A stretch of 64,000 nt of DNA from Guillardia theta CCMP2712. Taxonomy: Eukaryota; Protista; Cryptophyta. The notes under the pieces are model-generated. The model was not told where the DNA came from, searched no databases, and saw only the letters and a program-made list of their open reading frames with translations. A program made the translations under genes and the position numbers. The stretch lies in assembly GCF_000315625.1 (NCBI RefSeq), contig NW_005434563.1, positions 167,664 to 231,663 on the forward strand, read 5' to 3'. Below are positions 49,001 to 61,804 of the stretch, one piece after another; position 1 is the first letter of the stretch, and every line of letters starts with the position of its first letter.

Positions 49001-49388
49001 GGTATGCTTGCTACGAGTCTCTTGATGCTTATTTTGATATGGTTGCTGCAAGAAACATCACAATGCACATGATGCCACTTCATTCAAGCGTCGAAATCGC
49101 AGGCTCGGCTAATTTTTCATCTTCTTGCCTTGCTGCTCATACCAGCAGCAGCTTCTTTCCTTCACTATCTCCCAGCAGAATTCCTCAAACGCAAAGGTCG
49201 GGAAGTGAAGGTCGGAACTGAGCTGAGGTCTGACCAACGGTTGTGTCTTTATCTACCACGGCAGAACGTCAAAGCTGGCAGATCGCTCTCTGGCAGGCCA
49301 AGAAGTCAAAGAGAAGTAAAGCGGATGCTGACCTCATCTCTGTCTCTGAGATCATTCGCTGTCAAGATTCCTAGGCGACGGGGCCGTG

Positions 49389-49394
<6 letters not shown>

Positions 49395-49484
<90 letters not shown>
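49395..49484. repeat. (CAG)30 trinucleotide repeat
   Basis: Perfect 90-bp run. Confidence 0.95.
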
Positions 49485-49487
<3 letters not shown>

Positions 49488-49691
49488 GTCGGTTTCAGTC
49501 TTGGCAGCTTGAGGCACAGGCAAAGCCTCAGGCACAACCATACCGCTGAGGGTCAAGCGACGTCAAAGGTGCCTGGCTAGTCCCGTAACGGATCTAGAGG
49601 TCTGACACCCGTCGCTTCAGACGCTCATCCGTGAAGACCTCGAGCTCGAGTGTTTGTCTGCGGTCACGTGAGTCGTATGATCTCAAGGGGG

Positions 49692-51279
49692 ATGAAGTTT
49701 CTGCAGGACTGCGGGTACAGACATGCGATCCTAGTCGAGGGTGACGCGAGCGAGGCTTGTCGACGAGTCCTGACGATCCATTGCAGCCGATGGAAAAGTC
49801 TCGGCATTTGGCGACAACAGCATGGGGATCCTCCCGATGCCTGAGCTGACGTGCGAAGTGACTCTGAGCTGCCGGCAATGACGGTCAGCAGATTCTACGA
49901 GCAACCTGTTGACATCTCCCATTACTTTCCTGCTGCTGCTGAGCTTCAGGTCCTTCGCCTTCCTCCTCCTCTTGTCTCATCCTCTCCTTCAGATCCGTCA
50001 AGTTGCATGCGGCGGATTTCACACGCTGATGCTGAGCGAGGACGGGAGGATCTTTGTGTTTGGCAGCAACTGCTTTGGTCAGGTGCTCGCTCTCCTCGCC
50101 CTCCTCGCCCTCCCTGACTACCTGCCCAGCTGGGTCTCGGGCTGCATGCAGGGAGCACAGTCTCACAGGTTTCCGTGTCGCTTGACAGGCTCGAGCTGAC
50201 GCCCAGCTCAGCCAGCTCAAGTTGCTCTCTCCTCAGAGCTTCAGAGATACGAGTGATAACCCTCCTCCTCCTCCTTCTCATTGCTGACCGTTAAAAGCTT
50301 TCGAAGAATCGCTTGCGGACAATGGCATAGCCTCGCCGTGACTTCCGATGGCGACTTGTTCTCATGGGGTAGTGAAGGAGCAAGAGGAGGGAGGGTGGTA
50401 TGGAATAGAGAAGATGGGATGGGCAGGGGCGTAGCTGAGAAAAACGAGCAACATCAAGTGTCTGATCTACGTCCAGGGAACAACGAAGATGGACAGCTAG
50501 GCGTTGGTTTTCGCTCACACCTTTTGAGGTGAGTTGTAGTAGCAGTGAAGGGAGCAGGAGTAGGGGAATGATCTCGAGGAGGAGGTGGGGCGCGTTGAAG
50601 AGACAAACTGGCGCGTGGAAGGTATGGGAGCAGACAGCAGAGGGGAGTTGAAGGCTGTTGTAGTGGCGGAGGTCAGTGCGGAGTGCTTAATCAGACTGCA
50701 GCGAAACCCCTCAACGTGTTTCGTTGCCTGCAGATGAGAAATGTCTGGATGCTCGGGGAGGCTTGAAGCACACTGTGAGCTGCAAGTCATGCTCTCTTCT
50801 TCTCCTCTCACTTCTCTTTTTCCTCTCTCTCGTGACCGCCATCATGTTCCTGCTTTCCCTGTCTTCTTCTCTTCCTCTTCTTACTGAATTCTCTCCTTCT
50901 CATCTCAGATTTGTCTCACGATGTGCGGGCCTCCATTGGCTGCTGCTTCGCAACGATGGTTTGCAAGGAAGTCAGTGTTTGCATGCGGGGAAGGGAAGTA
51001 CGGTCAGCTCGGGTTGGGGGGCAACACCAGCTCGACGTTTCCTCAGCGGCTCCGAACGCTCAAGGGGCTGCAAGTGACAAGGTTGACGTGTATGACGCCT
51101 CACCCCGTTCTGCCTGCCTCCTTCTTCCCCCCCCTTCCCCCGCCTCACCTCGGTCCTGCCTCACAAGCTGCAGGATCGAGTGTGGGCCCATGCACTCCAT
51201 CGCTGTGGTCAGCATCGCCGACCTATCGGGTCAAGACGCGTCGCAGGAAGCAGAAGGAGGAGGAGAGGCTTCAAGTTGA
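49692..51279 (+). CDS. RCC1-repeat beta-propeller protein, multi-exon
   Basis: QVACGGFHTLML..GRIFVFGSNCFGQ, IACGQWHSLAVTSDGDLFSWG-NNEDGQLG, VFACGEGKYGQLGLG and IECGPMHSIAV. Start uncertain. Confidence 0.85.
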
Positions 51280-51592
51280 CGCATACTCTCTAGGCTTACG
51301 TGTGGGGCATGCGGGTGGATCGTGCGGTCCTTCCTTTCAACCCGGTAGCTGCTTGCAGTCTCTCTGGTGGTTTTGATTTGTCGAGCAGGAGCGAATCTAT
51401 CTCCAACCAACGCCTGTTGACTATTGCATACTCAACACTATCAGCAAGTTTCCGGTCAGCTCTCCTCTTTCGCACTCCTAGGGTTCCCTCTTCGGCCAAG
51501 TCACTCTCTACTCGATGACTTGTGTCATCAGGTTCGGTTCTGAGCAGCAGCATGTGAACTAGTTCATTGTACACGAACATGAACGCCTCTGC

Positions 51593-52896
51593 TTATGCCT
51601 GCGCTGCTTCTGCTTCACCCAAGAATTCCTCCCTGAACAATCCTCAAACCTTCATGTCACAATAGATCAAAACTCTCACCTTTCTACATCCGTCATGTCA
51701 CAATTGAAAACTTTTTCGATCCATCGCACAATACGTTGACGAGTAATCTCCTTCTCCGCCCGGAGACCAGGAATGTAGTAAGATTGGTTCATGCCGTCTT
51801 CGTCTTTCTCCGACTTCTTCTCCAGGTACATCATGTTGCACAGCTGCTTCAAAACAGTGTTGGAATCTCCATGGATGGGGTGCGCCTGTTCATTCCGAAA
51901 GCCAAGGCTCTGCATCGCCTCCAGCAATGCTGACTCCTTCGCCTTGTACTTCTCCATGGCAACGATCCCAAGCACGCTCTGAGCACACCATCAGCGCCAT
52001 CAACTCTCCTCGAAATCAACGACCATGGTCAGCCCTAAGGACGGGCCAAGGGAGCTCGAGGCGAGTCCAACCAACTCGGCCCTGGTCCACATGGCGTTGT
52101 CGTGATAGACATCTCCTCCGTTTTCGTTGTTTTCTTGTTGGTCGTCAACTGCTTCTGCAGGGACTTTCAAGGCATTTACTAGAAAGTAATGCTTGACTGA
52201 GTTCTGAGAAACCTAAGGGAAGCGTGAGAAGAGTCCAACTCAGAGAAGCTGCTGACCTGGCTACTTTGCGTTTTCTTCACATCAGAGTAAAGTTCAGATT
52301 TTGATCCTTCTTTGAGTTCGAAGCCGAACACAGACTTTAGTTTGATCTTGACAGTCTTGAGAACCTCGTCGGCAGCCCGCGCTCCACGATCCCCTAGTTT
52401 TGATTTCAAAACTTTCAGAATCTTGTCACGAGGAACGGCAAGTTTCTGCGTATCTCTGCAATGCAGGTCATGAACACGAGAGCGAGAAAGAATGACGCGC
52501 CTCAGAAGCAGAAGTTGAATGATCTTGTTGACACAGGGACGAAGCTCGGAACTCCCGAACGAAGGACGTGAAGCTTTTTGCGAATATGCTTGCGACGCTG
52601 CCTCATCCGATCCTTCAGATTCATCATCGGAGTTTGAAGGTTTCGCCTTTCGCTTCTTTCCTGTACTTATTTTAGCACGAAGTTCTATCACCATGAGCCG
52701 CCGTCTAACCGTTCTGACTGCTAGAAGTGCCTTGTGTGCTGGATCGAGCCATAGTGGAGCCTGCTGACAAGAAGCGAAGGTGAGAATGGACGGGGCGCAG
52801 CCTCTGTTTCAGCCTCATCGTCATCTTTGAGTCTCTTCTTCGTCTCTATGCATCACCTTTATCTTCCACCATTCTCAGCCGTAGGAAACTTACCAT
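51593..52896 (-). CDS. NSE3: MAGE-homology-domain protein, NSE3 subunit of the SMC5/6 complex
   Basis: VNKIIQLLLLR, LKSVFGFELKE, HYFLVNAL, LGIVAM..ESALLEAMQSLG..HPIHGD and YLEKK..PGLRAEKEIT. ATG is followed directly by a gtaagt donor. Confidence 0.85.
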
Positions 52897-54077
52897 TCTA
52901 GCTTTTAGAATTTAGTTTGGCTGTCTACCTCGCTCAAGTTGATTATCAAGCTCCTTGCATCCTATTACTTATCTTGCATGTTTGTCTGGCATTTACGTAA
53001 ACCTTAAACTCTACCGCCCCCTCTCCTTTCGCATCTCTAACATCCTCCCTCTTCGTTTCTCCTTTCCTCCATCACCCGCCTTGGTCGCTTCTTCCCTTCC
53101 CTTCCACTTCCCAGCATTGCGCGGGAAATAAGCAAAGTGTGGTACCAGTTGTAGACTGCAACGAGTGGGTGGTTCAATAGAAGTACCTGGGAAATTAAAG
53201 GGGTAGGGTGGTGGTCTCGGGGCACTTTCAAAAATAAGCCGCCTGGTATGGGAGGGGATGAGGGCAATGGGTACAAGACTGAAATAGACGAGAGAGCAGG
53301 TTGAGCAGGGAGGAGCTGCAAGAAGGAGTCCGTCATACAAGGTCGAGGGAATTAATCGACAGGAAGCAGAAGAATACGACGAATCTTGCGCAGTTGGTGT
53401 TGAAACCGAGGAATGTTCCAAACGATTACTAAGGTCAGAACATTGTATGTTTCGTATACATGTGCATTTCATAGCTCCTATATACCTGTTCTTGAACTAA
53501 ATACTGATGTTCTGTAGTTGTGGGCAAACCTGGGAACGCTAAATGGAATTAGCGATCCAAGAAAAATCAACTGGTTGGAACCTTCGAGAGGAAATGCTCA
53601 ATACCCAAAGTCAGGGGAAAACGATACTATTGAAACTTGGGCTGAAAAATATAATGTAATTAGTTGCATTCTTGCACACGTGGTGCCAACATTAAGGTGT
53701 GATTGAAAAAATGCCAGGCGTTGGGTTTAACACCAAATTCTCACTGCACAATGATTGACTGCGGCGGACAAGCTGTAAGGCTTGCATTGAAGTGCAAACG
53801 TGATTTGACCACCACTTGCCATGCAGGGCGATATCTATGGTAGTGGCTTCTCAGGAATCTGACCTAGGTCTCAAATAGGAGTTTCTATTTCTATCAACGC
53901 GTAATGCGCAACACGTTGTACACGTTATGAGATCTTTGTACAAGATGTTGGAAATTTCAATCCAGCAGCTTTTTGTGTATCTTTAATGAAAGGATCCGCG
54001 TGACGTCATAGACTTCGAGACTTTCTCTCTGTACTTCGCAAAAATCTGATCCAAGCAAGGTTTGATCTGCAAAGTGG

Positions 54078-54620
54078 CTAGTCAGAAATTGTGTTAGGCA
54101 GTGACTTCGCCAAGAGGTGAACAAAGGAGGCAAGGTGATCGGCAGACATCGAGTTCAATGATATGATATGAGCACCTATGTTGTGCAGTGAGCTTCTCCA
54201 CTTCCTGCCATAATGTTGTAAGAACTTCGATGGTATGACAAGAGGGTAGTCTACATGTTTTAAACGCGCCAAATCTTCTTGATTCACTTCGTCAATCACC
54301 ACTTCAGTGCATCCGAAATCAATTGATTCCACGTCCAAATTGAACATGATATTGTCTGTTGTTATCATCTCAGGGATTTTTACATCAAACTTTGCGGACA
54401 AAGCACCTCCCGGTACTTTCGAAGTATGCAACATTTGGAAGGACTGTTCCTTGAGCAGCGATAAAGGGAGTGGAAAAAGCTCCTCGTTCAAGCTGTTCTC
54501 TTCGAGTCTTTTGAGAGCCTGTGACCTTTCCACTTCTAGTGATGCCATTGTGGATTGCAGCGAGTTGGTTTCTACAGAAGCAACATGTGTCATCCAAAAG
54601 TTGAAAGAATGAACAAACAC
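54078..54620 (-). CDS. Hypothetical protein, large last exon (upstream exons probably to ~55100)
   Basis: 180-codon open frame with globular-protein-like composition. Confidence 0.45.
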   Translation of the reverse strand: MFVHSFNFWMTHVASVETNSLQSTMASLEVERSQALKRLEENSLNEELFPLPLSLLKEQSFQMLHTSKVPGGALSAKFDVKIPEMITTDNIMFNLDVESIDFGCTEVVIDEVNQEDLARLKHVDYPLVIPSKFLQHYGRKWRSSLHNIGAHIISLNSMSADHLASFVHLLAKSLPNTISD

Positions 54621-56254
54621 ATTTGAATACCTCGACTCAAAGCTAGAAGTAATTCATTTTGGATCGAACTTTCAGTCTGAGTTAGAGTCATCGACGCGAT
54701 AGACCGAGAAGACGCGATGGAAAGAGACGAGCTGATAAAAGCAAATCAGTGCTACAGCCACAGAGCAACAAGATTTCGTTTCTCACAGGCCAGATATGCC
54801 CAAGCCAAGGGGGCGAGAGAGAAATTTCTTGCATATCACAAGATTCGTTTGGAAGGGTTGAGAAAACTCAATTTGCAATGCCAGAACCAACGCGTAAATA
54901 CAGTTCTCCGCCTTAAAGTTTCGGTACACCATCTGTACGTCGACAAGGAGACGAGAGTAGTGATGCTCAGAGAGTCTGACGAGGAGACAGCTTCATCCGG
55001 CAAGTATGACTTGCAGAGAACGATGGCAAGCTGCTTGCTGCGATTGATAAATCTTCCTCCTCTGCTCCCCTCGCAACTACTCCACCTCCTGCATGACGCC
55101 CGCTCCGGACCAAACTAAGCTTTGTGTCAGAGAAAGGGACAAGATTGTGCGGTCAAGGTTAGTGATTTTACAATTATGTCAATAGCAAATCTGCGTGAGC
55201 ACCGTACCCTCGCTTTCAGACTTGCCACCCTCTATGCTCTTTTTGTTACCACCCCATCTTGATCATCCACCCCCCTGCATCATTGTCATATTCCCCTGCA
55301 CCCCCCACTTTGGGCAATGCAAGGTCTTGTTTTCAACACTACTTGCCTGTAAATTCAAAATCAAAGAAGATAAAGGGAAAAGTAGACATTATCTTTGAAA
55401 TTCAGGGGTTGATTTGGAGTTCAACCTAATGACACATAAGCCCTCATCCCAGACTCTAGGGCTAGGAGGGAGGGGTGGGTAGTCCGTACTACCTGGTGAT
55501 TTACTTTATTTACGCTGTAGAAAGAAGGGTAGGGGTTGAAAATGGATTGTACTCTGTATGGGCTTGCATGGGGTACTGAGTTGTGACCGATAGGTGCTTC
55601 TGCGAACGAAAGAAAACTATTGTGTACTAAAATAGAAAAATACGACAATAGTACGAGGCATCATTGAAAATTAGTACTGAAAATATATTAAGCAAAGTTC
55701 TCTCATAAAATCGAGCGGAGGAGGCTTGTTGAGCAGCTCCTAAAGGACAGGTAAAGTGCGACATGGTAGTTGAAATGCAGGAGGCAAAAAGCCATACAGA
55801 GGAAGAGAAGGAGGAAGGGGTGGAGGATATGGCGCCACGTATTCTTGGTAGCAAGAGGATTTGAGCTGTACTTGTCCAATACCATTGATCGCAGTAGACC
55901 TGCACGAGTCACAACCATCTTGGCGCAAAATTGTTGACTACAGGCAAATTGTTGTTGGCAAGAGTGCGTTGGGCGGGGTTTCATGTCAAAACCACGAGAT
56001 AGTTTTACGAAAACAAAAAGCATCAATACCAAGGAATTTGTATTTGATATGGGCTTAGTGTCGCGTCAATGTTTCCTTAGCTTGGTGGAGATGTTGGCCA
56101 GCCAGTATGAGCTTAGTTATGTGGGTATTGTGTGTGCGTCTCGAGCCGATCATGTAATTTTTGGGATGTTCACTATTTGTGTTTTCATTTTGAATTGCCT
56201 TGAAGCCTCCAAGTGCCCGTATAACTCAGTGCCGTGATTGCAGTCTAAGTCAAG

Positions 56255-58170
56255 ATGCTGCCATCGTGGAAATGCAGTTCTGTTGTGCTGCTTATCTTTT
56301 GCGGGCAATCTTGGCTGCATCCTTCTCAGGCGTGGGTGGGAAATGTCGGGGTCCAGGTGCGGCATTCTTCTCTTTTCCCTCTGAGACCGACAAGCGCGAT
56401 GGACAAGGTAAACAGTGCTGTTTGATCGTGAGAATCTCTGCTGTTGTTGCTTGGTCACGCACATACAGTTATCTCTGTTCTGATTTTTGTTTTTGACTGT
56501 AACTTAATCCTCTCTTGCTTGTCATTTACACGTCTTATGTCATGACCCGCCTGGTTTGAACCAGGTTGCCCGGAGCAGAGGAATAGTGATGACAGCCACC
56601 AAGCCAACGTCCAAGCTATCTCCGGAGTTTGTTGATGCCAAACTTGAGGATGGTCCAGATCCGATGCTGGTTGTTCAGGTCCACAGGCAATGTAAAGGTG
56701 GCAGAGGTGTTTAACTTTAAGCAGGAAGACATGAAGCTTCTAAAAAAGAAGATCCGAGGGGTGATCGAGCGGAACCTTGGTTCTGGTGAAGATGCGTGAG
56801 TACATGCGCAATGAAATGATGTCATCTTGATTTTGTTTCAAGACACCCAGCGCTCAAGTCATCCTCAAAAGAGTTTTTTGAGCGTCCTGAAAAGACTTGG
56901 AGACCGATGGTCGCTCTTCTTCTGTATGTTTATGATGTTTCTAGTAACAAGTTGCTGGGTTCTGATCTTGAAGCAGATCGAGAGCCATCAAATCACTCAA
57001 GGGCGAAGACTATAATGCTCACCATGGTGATCTTACAAGTGCTGTCTGTAGCAATTTGACACCAAACAGGCGATGCGATGGTAATCGCTGAGATCATAGA
57101 AATCATGCATACATCAACGATTATCCATGACACGGTATCCCTCATCTCCAACGCTCTTACTACCAGATTCTTGATGCTCTCGATAGGTGCTTGAAGATTA
57201 CGATGCTCTCGAGAAGGGCAACGCTGCTCATCGTATCTACGCTTCTTCGGTTGCTGGAAACAAGATTTCGATTCTTGCTGGGGACTTCTTGTTGTCGAGG
57301 GCATCTGTTCTCTTGTCGTCGCTGAGAAACACAGCTATCGTGGAGATCATGGCGAGCGCGCTGGAGGCCATCATGAAAGGACAGATGCAGCTGCACCGTC
57401 CTGTCACCCAGAAGTTTGGCATGGAGACCTACCAGAAGAATCTTGCGACACGTACAGGCAACTTGCTTGCCTCGGGCTGTCAGTGTGTTGCTCTTGTTGC
57501 AGGCTATGAGAGGGGATCAGAGGTTGCGAAGGCAGCATTTGACTACGGTATGCACATCGGGATTGCTTATCAGATGATGAAGGACTTGAAAATCACTGAG
57601 AAGAACTACGAGAAGCTTCTGCTAAAGATGAAACAGTGCCTGGATGGTGGAGAATGCCCTCCATTTGACCCCTACGAGCTCAATGAGCCTCTGCAGAGGG
57701 CTGGAGCGCTGATGTTTGCAATCGATGCTGAGCCAGAGCTGGAAAAGTATGCGCGGGATGGGTTTGACAACATTGACTCTCTATTGATGGTTCGAGAGAA
57801 GATTGTCGAATTCAAGGCGGTCGAGGGTGTTCAGAAGTGCGCTGAGAAGCACGTGGAGGAAGCTATCCAAGCTCTTTCTATTCTTCCTCAGAGCGAGCAT
57901 ATTGCCGCGCTTCAGAACCTAGCCTACATGCTTGTCGAGCCCAGCCAATATCGTATTCAGCGAGCAAGCTACGATTCGAAAGGAGCTCTCATAGCACGAG
58001 GAAAGGCAACGGAGAAGTCAGGAACTCAGGTTGTGCAGTTGCTCAGGTCTGCTCGCCAGGGAGCACGCCTTGGATTGTTCAGCATGGGGGAGCATGTGAA
58101 AGGAACTATCGATCGCATGTCAGAACGTATTAGGAGAGCGGGCAAACAGAAAGACGGGGAGAACAAGTGA
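56255..58170 (+). CDS. Long-chain trans-prenyltransferase (SPS/PDSS family) homolog with degenerate Asp-rich motifs; bipartite plastid-type presequence
   Basis: KTWRPMVALL, IAEIIEIMHTSTIIHDT, GNKISILAGDFLLSRAS and AFDYGMHIGIAYQ. First exon 56255-56407 encodes MLPSWKCSSVVLLIFCGQSWLHPSQA-WVG. Confidence 0.85.
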
Positions 58171-58479
58171 GGAGGGAGGCTGGCTCAGGTTACTTGTATC
58201 AACGACCAATATCAATTGCTATGGTGCTGCACTGAATCAGGTCTCCTTTGTTGGTTGTATTATTTTCCTTCCTCCAATCCGTCACAGCTAGATGAGAAAG
58301 CACTGTATATTACTGAGAATACAAATAAAACAGGGATGATAATGATTGATTCCTCTTGTGTTTCAGCAACAAAATGATTTGCTGACTGCATGCTTGTTAA
58401 TGGCAGCTGAAACTTTGAGAGGTGAACAAGTTCACTGGCGACAGATTATATGGACAACTTGGGATTTGGTTTCATTCCT

Positions 58480-59327
58480 CTAAATTTCAAGGAGCTTGTT
58501 TACAACGATGGGGTATGCTACCTCATCATTCTCATCCAAAGCTCCAAAGAGCTTCAGCATGTAGTCAATGTCTTGTGCATCACATGTTTCTGCCATTCCA
58601 CAGAAAACGTAATAGAATTGGTCCTGATTTGAAGTCAACTCTTAACAAACATTGCTTGTGCGCCTCTCACCTTAGACAACTTTCCTTTCTTCGCAAGGTC
58701 AAACTCTTGAAACGCGGCTAACAATTCTTCTTCACAATTGATTGCTTCGGATTTTGACACGATGAGAGCAAGAAATTCATCAAAATCAATAGTTCCGCTC
58801 TGAATAAGGTGTTAGTGGCTAAAATTTACATAATTGACGTATGACGTTGTTCTGATCCACAGATGTTATCAAATCTTTGATCTCATCGTCTGTCAGGTTT
58901 TGGCCAAGAGCTCGTAGACAGGCGCCCTGTGAACATGTACAATGTCAGGCAAACCCAACTTTCACTGAAACCCATTCTTCTTCCAATCACATCAACCGAT
59001 TGATGAACACTAATTTTCCTATACAAAATACAAATCTGCAGCATGACTTTCTGTTTGCAGTCCTTGAAATTCGAATTTTTGGTCACTAACAATGTGATAT
59101 GTTCACATCTATTAGTGCAAGGTTTGATATCAATTCGCAGTTGCTACAACCATCTAAGACGATAGCCTAAAGCGCATGTTTGGATTCCGTCTCATTCATC
59201 CATCGAGACATCAGTGTTCATGGCGTACCAGCTCATCAGCATCGATGGAACCTGAGCCATCCTGGTCGAAGACGGAAAAAACTTCTCGGAAGTGATCCAC
59301 TTGCTCAGCCGTCAGATGGTTCGCCAT
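58480..59327 (-). CDS. Calmodulin-like EF-hand protein, 150 aa, 4 exons
   Basis: Exons 59327-59229, 58926-58846, 58799-58671 and 58623-58480 (all phase 0) give MANHLTAEQVDHFREVFSVFDQDGSGSIDADELGACLRALGQNLTDDEIKDLITSVDQNNSGTIDFDEFLALI...KLLEI*. Confidence 0.9.
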
Positions 59328-60247
59328 TCCTCTCCTGGTTCGGACCACCCGTGGGTTCCTTCACTTCAAGTAAGTACCCCGTCCCGCCCCATGTATCAAC
59401 CAAGTATCAATGGTGTGCTGACCACCCCTACCCCCAAGTCTACGCAGACAGGACCTATCAAAGCCTGAATCTATATCGGGAAGCCCCTTTCAGTTTCAAG
59501 TACTACTAGCCGGCTGCACTGATAGAGTGTCAGTGGTACTGGCAATTCTTTACTCAAAACGTTTAAGTTAAAATCCATACTCAGCAAAGTTCACTGTCAA
59601 GTAACTTAGTAACGTTGAACGTCACTGCCGGACACCACGAAGTTCGCCGAAGTTCGGCGGGGACGGTGGCAGTACGGAGCCTGGCCGCCCGGCTGAGACT
59701 CGGCCCGGCCCGGGCCCGCCGGGCCTGGGGACGATGATCGGACCGTTTGCCGACCGTACTCTGACGGCGGAGCCGGGCGGAGGCCGGCGGCCGGCGGGCC
59801 TAGTACTACGGTACCACGCGCGGGCGCGCGGCCGGCGCGCCCACCGCGCCCACCGCGGCGTTCCGAAGTGTGACGGCCGCCGGAGCCCGCGCCCCCGGGC
59901 CGGTCACCGGCCCGGGGGCACCGGGTGCCACCTGGCGGCCGACAGGCCCGCGGCGCGGCCGTTGGCCGCGCTCGCCGGGACTTGAACTTAACTTTGGGCT
60001 GTCCGGCGGTCGAACACTGAACTCGTTAAAGGGGTGGAGCTGAAATCCCCCAGTCATCAATGTCAGTTGGTCCATTGACGGGTTCAACATGGCATGATGC
60101 GGCAAATGAATCAGTCCCAGCTTGGCAATTCACCGTGACGCCGGTGGAATCAAGGGCCTGCATACTATGATTTGATCATTTCATTCCGACTGACTCTCGG
60201 AAAATTACCATCATTGAGATGAAACGGGTCAATCTAACTCTAAACCG

Positions 60248-61804
60248 TCAAACAGCGATCTCCTTCGAGCCCTGATCACTCAGCTCTTCGAACTTGACGA
60301 AACCTGATTGAACCAGGCTTCGAGCTAGCGTCTCACCACCTAACGCTGCCACTGGTCCCAGGCCGGCTCCTGCCTCCACATCCACCTTTGACGATGCCTG
60401 GCACGAGCGAGCAAGCAGACAAGCAACTTCACCATGGCAAGCAGCCGTGAAAGCGACGCCGCCGTCTCCTAGACCCCGCATCCTCACTACAGCATGCTTC
60501 TCATCGTTACCAACCATGCCTGATGCAGCAGCGAGGAATGAAACAGCGCCTGTGAAGCAGCGCTCAAGACTGACAGCATTCTTGCCAGCATCTTCTCTAG
60601 GCAAGGCTCCAATAGTCCTCAGGAATTGTCTAAGAGGGGGCAGCAAAAGCCAGAAGCCTCCTATGCCGTAGATGAGCGACAGTGCCAGGATGCCTGCAGG
60701 CAAGTTCGGAGCGTTGGCGCGTTCAGTGTAGGTGATGTTGCTGATGTAGCCGCGTCGAGCCACCGACCGCCGCACAGTCGCACTGTTGATGGGAGCCATG
60801 ACGAAGGGGATGCTCCATCGTTTGGTCGCCCTTGACCGCACCAATGGCGAGAACAGGCTGACTACTTTAACAGTTCCTCGTCGAGTTTGCTCCCCTTGCG
60901 GCTCAAGAAAGTCCGGGGGAGACTGAAGCTTGTGCAGGCCATCTGCAGACCCCACGAGAGTGTTGAGAGTGCCTCCAGGGAGAGCGCCTCCGTTCGCTCC
61001 GTCCAAGCAAACTTCAACGTGCGAGGGAGAAGCGGCGGGGAATCTTTCTTTGAAGAGCTTGCAGGACATGAAGCAGCCGATCTCGCTTGGCACAGAGTCA
61101 AAGCCGCAGCAGCTGACAAGCGAGGCTCCAGTCTTCTTCGCCACGCCCTCGTACATGGAGCCCATGTGCTTGACCCAGTCAACCTCTCCAGTGATATCTG
61201 CGTAATGGGTTCCCGTAAACGCGCAAGCATGATAAATTAGATTTCCCAGCTTCTTGTACGGTCCAGCTGTAGATGCGACAACTTTAGTCTGCTTGCACAT
61301 GTCAAACAATGACTGCAGGTTGGATGCATCTGCTATGATGATTTGACACTGAGAAGATGGGATTCCCAGCTCGTCTCGCGTCGCCTCGAGTTTCTTTAAA
61401 GACCTTCCTGCCAATGCAATCTTCATCTCGGGGTGAATTTCGCTCAAATATTGCGCAAGAATCTTTCCCGTCAAGCCTGTGGCCCCCATGACCACGATGT
61501 CAATCGGACGGTTAGCCCTTTCAGGCGGAGGGCTGAGTTGTTGCGTAAGCCTCTTGACTTCAGGGGAGGTAAGGATGTCATCCCTCATCACTTGAGCAGG
61601 CAGAGCCATTCGCTTGATCCCTGTGAAGAGAGCAAATGGCAACACGAACAGGAAATGGGCAGGCAGAGCAACCAAGGTCACGAATGTAGCGAGCGGCCAA
61701 AGCAAGACGGGGCTGGCGTTTGGTTCCTGGAATCTAACGGGATCAAACGAGTTCCTGAGCTTTGAAAACGAGAGCTCGGGCTTGGCAAGGTTTGCACCCT
61801 TCAT
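60248..61804 (-). CDS. Saccharopine dehydrogenase-like oxidoreductase (SCCPDH family), intronless, N-terminal TM
   Basis: Rossmann motif DIVVMGATGLTG, then ALAGRS, AGPY, THYADITGE and CGFDSVPSEIG. Confidence 0.9.
   Translation of the reverse strand: MKGANLAKPELSFSKLRNSFDPVRFQEPNASPVLLWPLATFVTLVALPAHFLFVLPFALFTGIKRMALPAQVMRDDILTSPEVKRLTQQLSPPPERANRPIDIVVMGATGLTGKILAQYLSEIHPEMKIALAGRSLKKLEATRDELGIPSSQCQIIIADASNLQSLFDMCKQTKVVASTAGPYKKLGNLIYHACAFTGTHYADITGEVDWVKHMGSMYEGVAKKTGASLVSCCGFDSVPSEIGCFMSCKLFKERFPAASPSHVEVCLDGANGGALPGGTLNTLVGSADGLHKLQSPPDFLEPQGEQTRRGTVKVVSLFSPLVRSRATKRWSIPFVMAPINSATVRRSVARRGYISNITYTERANAPNLPAGILALSLIYGIGGFWLLLPPLRQFLRTIGALPREDAGKNAVSLERCFTGAVSFLAAASGMVGNDEKHAVVRMRGLGDGGVAFTAACHGEVACLLARSCQASSKVDVEAGAGLGPVAALGGETLARSLVQSGFVKFEELSDQGSKEIAV

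Noticed and set aside
48400-49390. Possible minus-strand multi-exon gene
   Set aside because: Splice-like signals are present, but no recognisable product or reliable boundaries.
49130-49580. PolyQ/polyA/polyL/polyC ORFs over (CAG)30
   Set aside because: Open in all frames because of the repeat; no evidence for which frame, if any, is translated.
53250-56200. Short ORFs at 53.3-53.9 kb and 55.6-56.2 kb
   Set aside because: No motifs and no confident exon chain.
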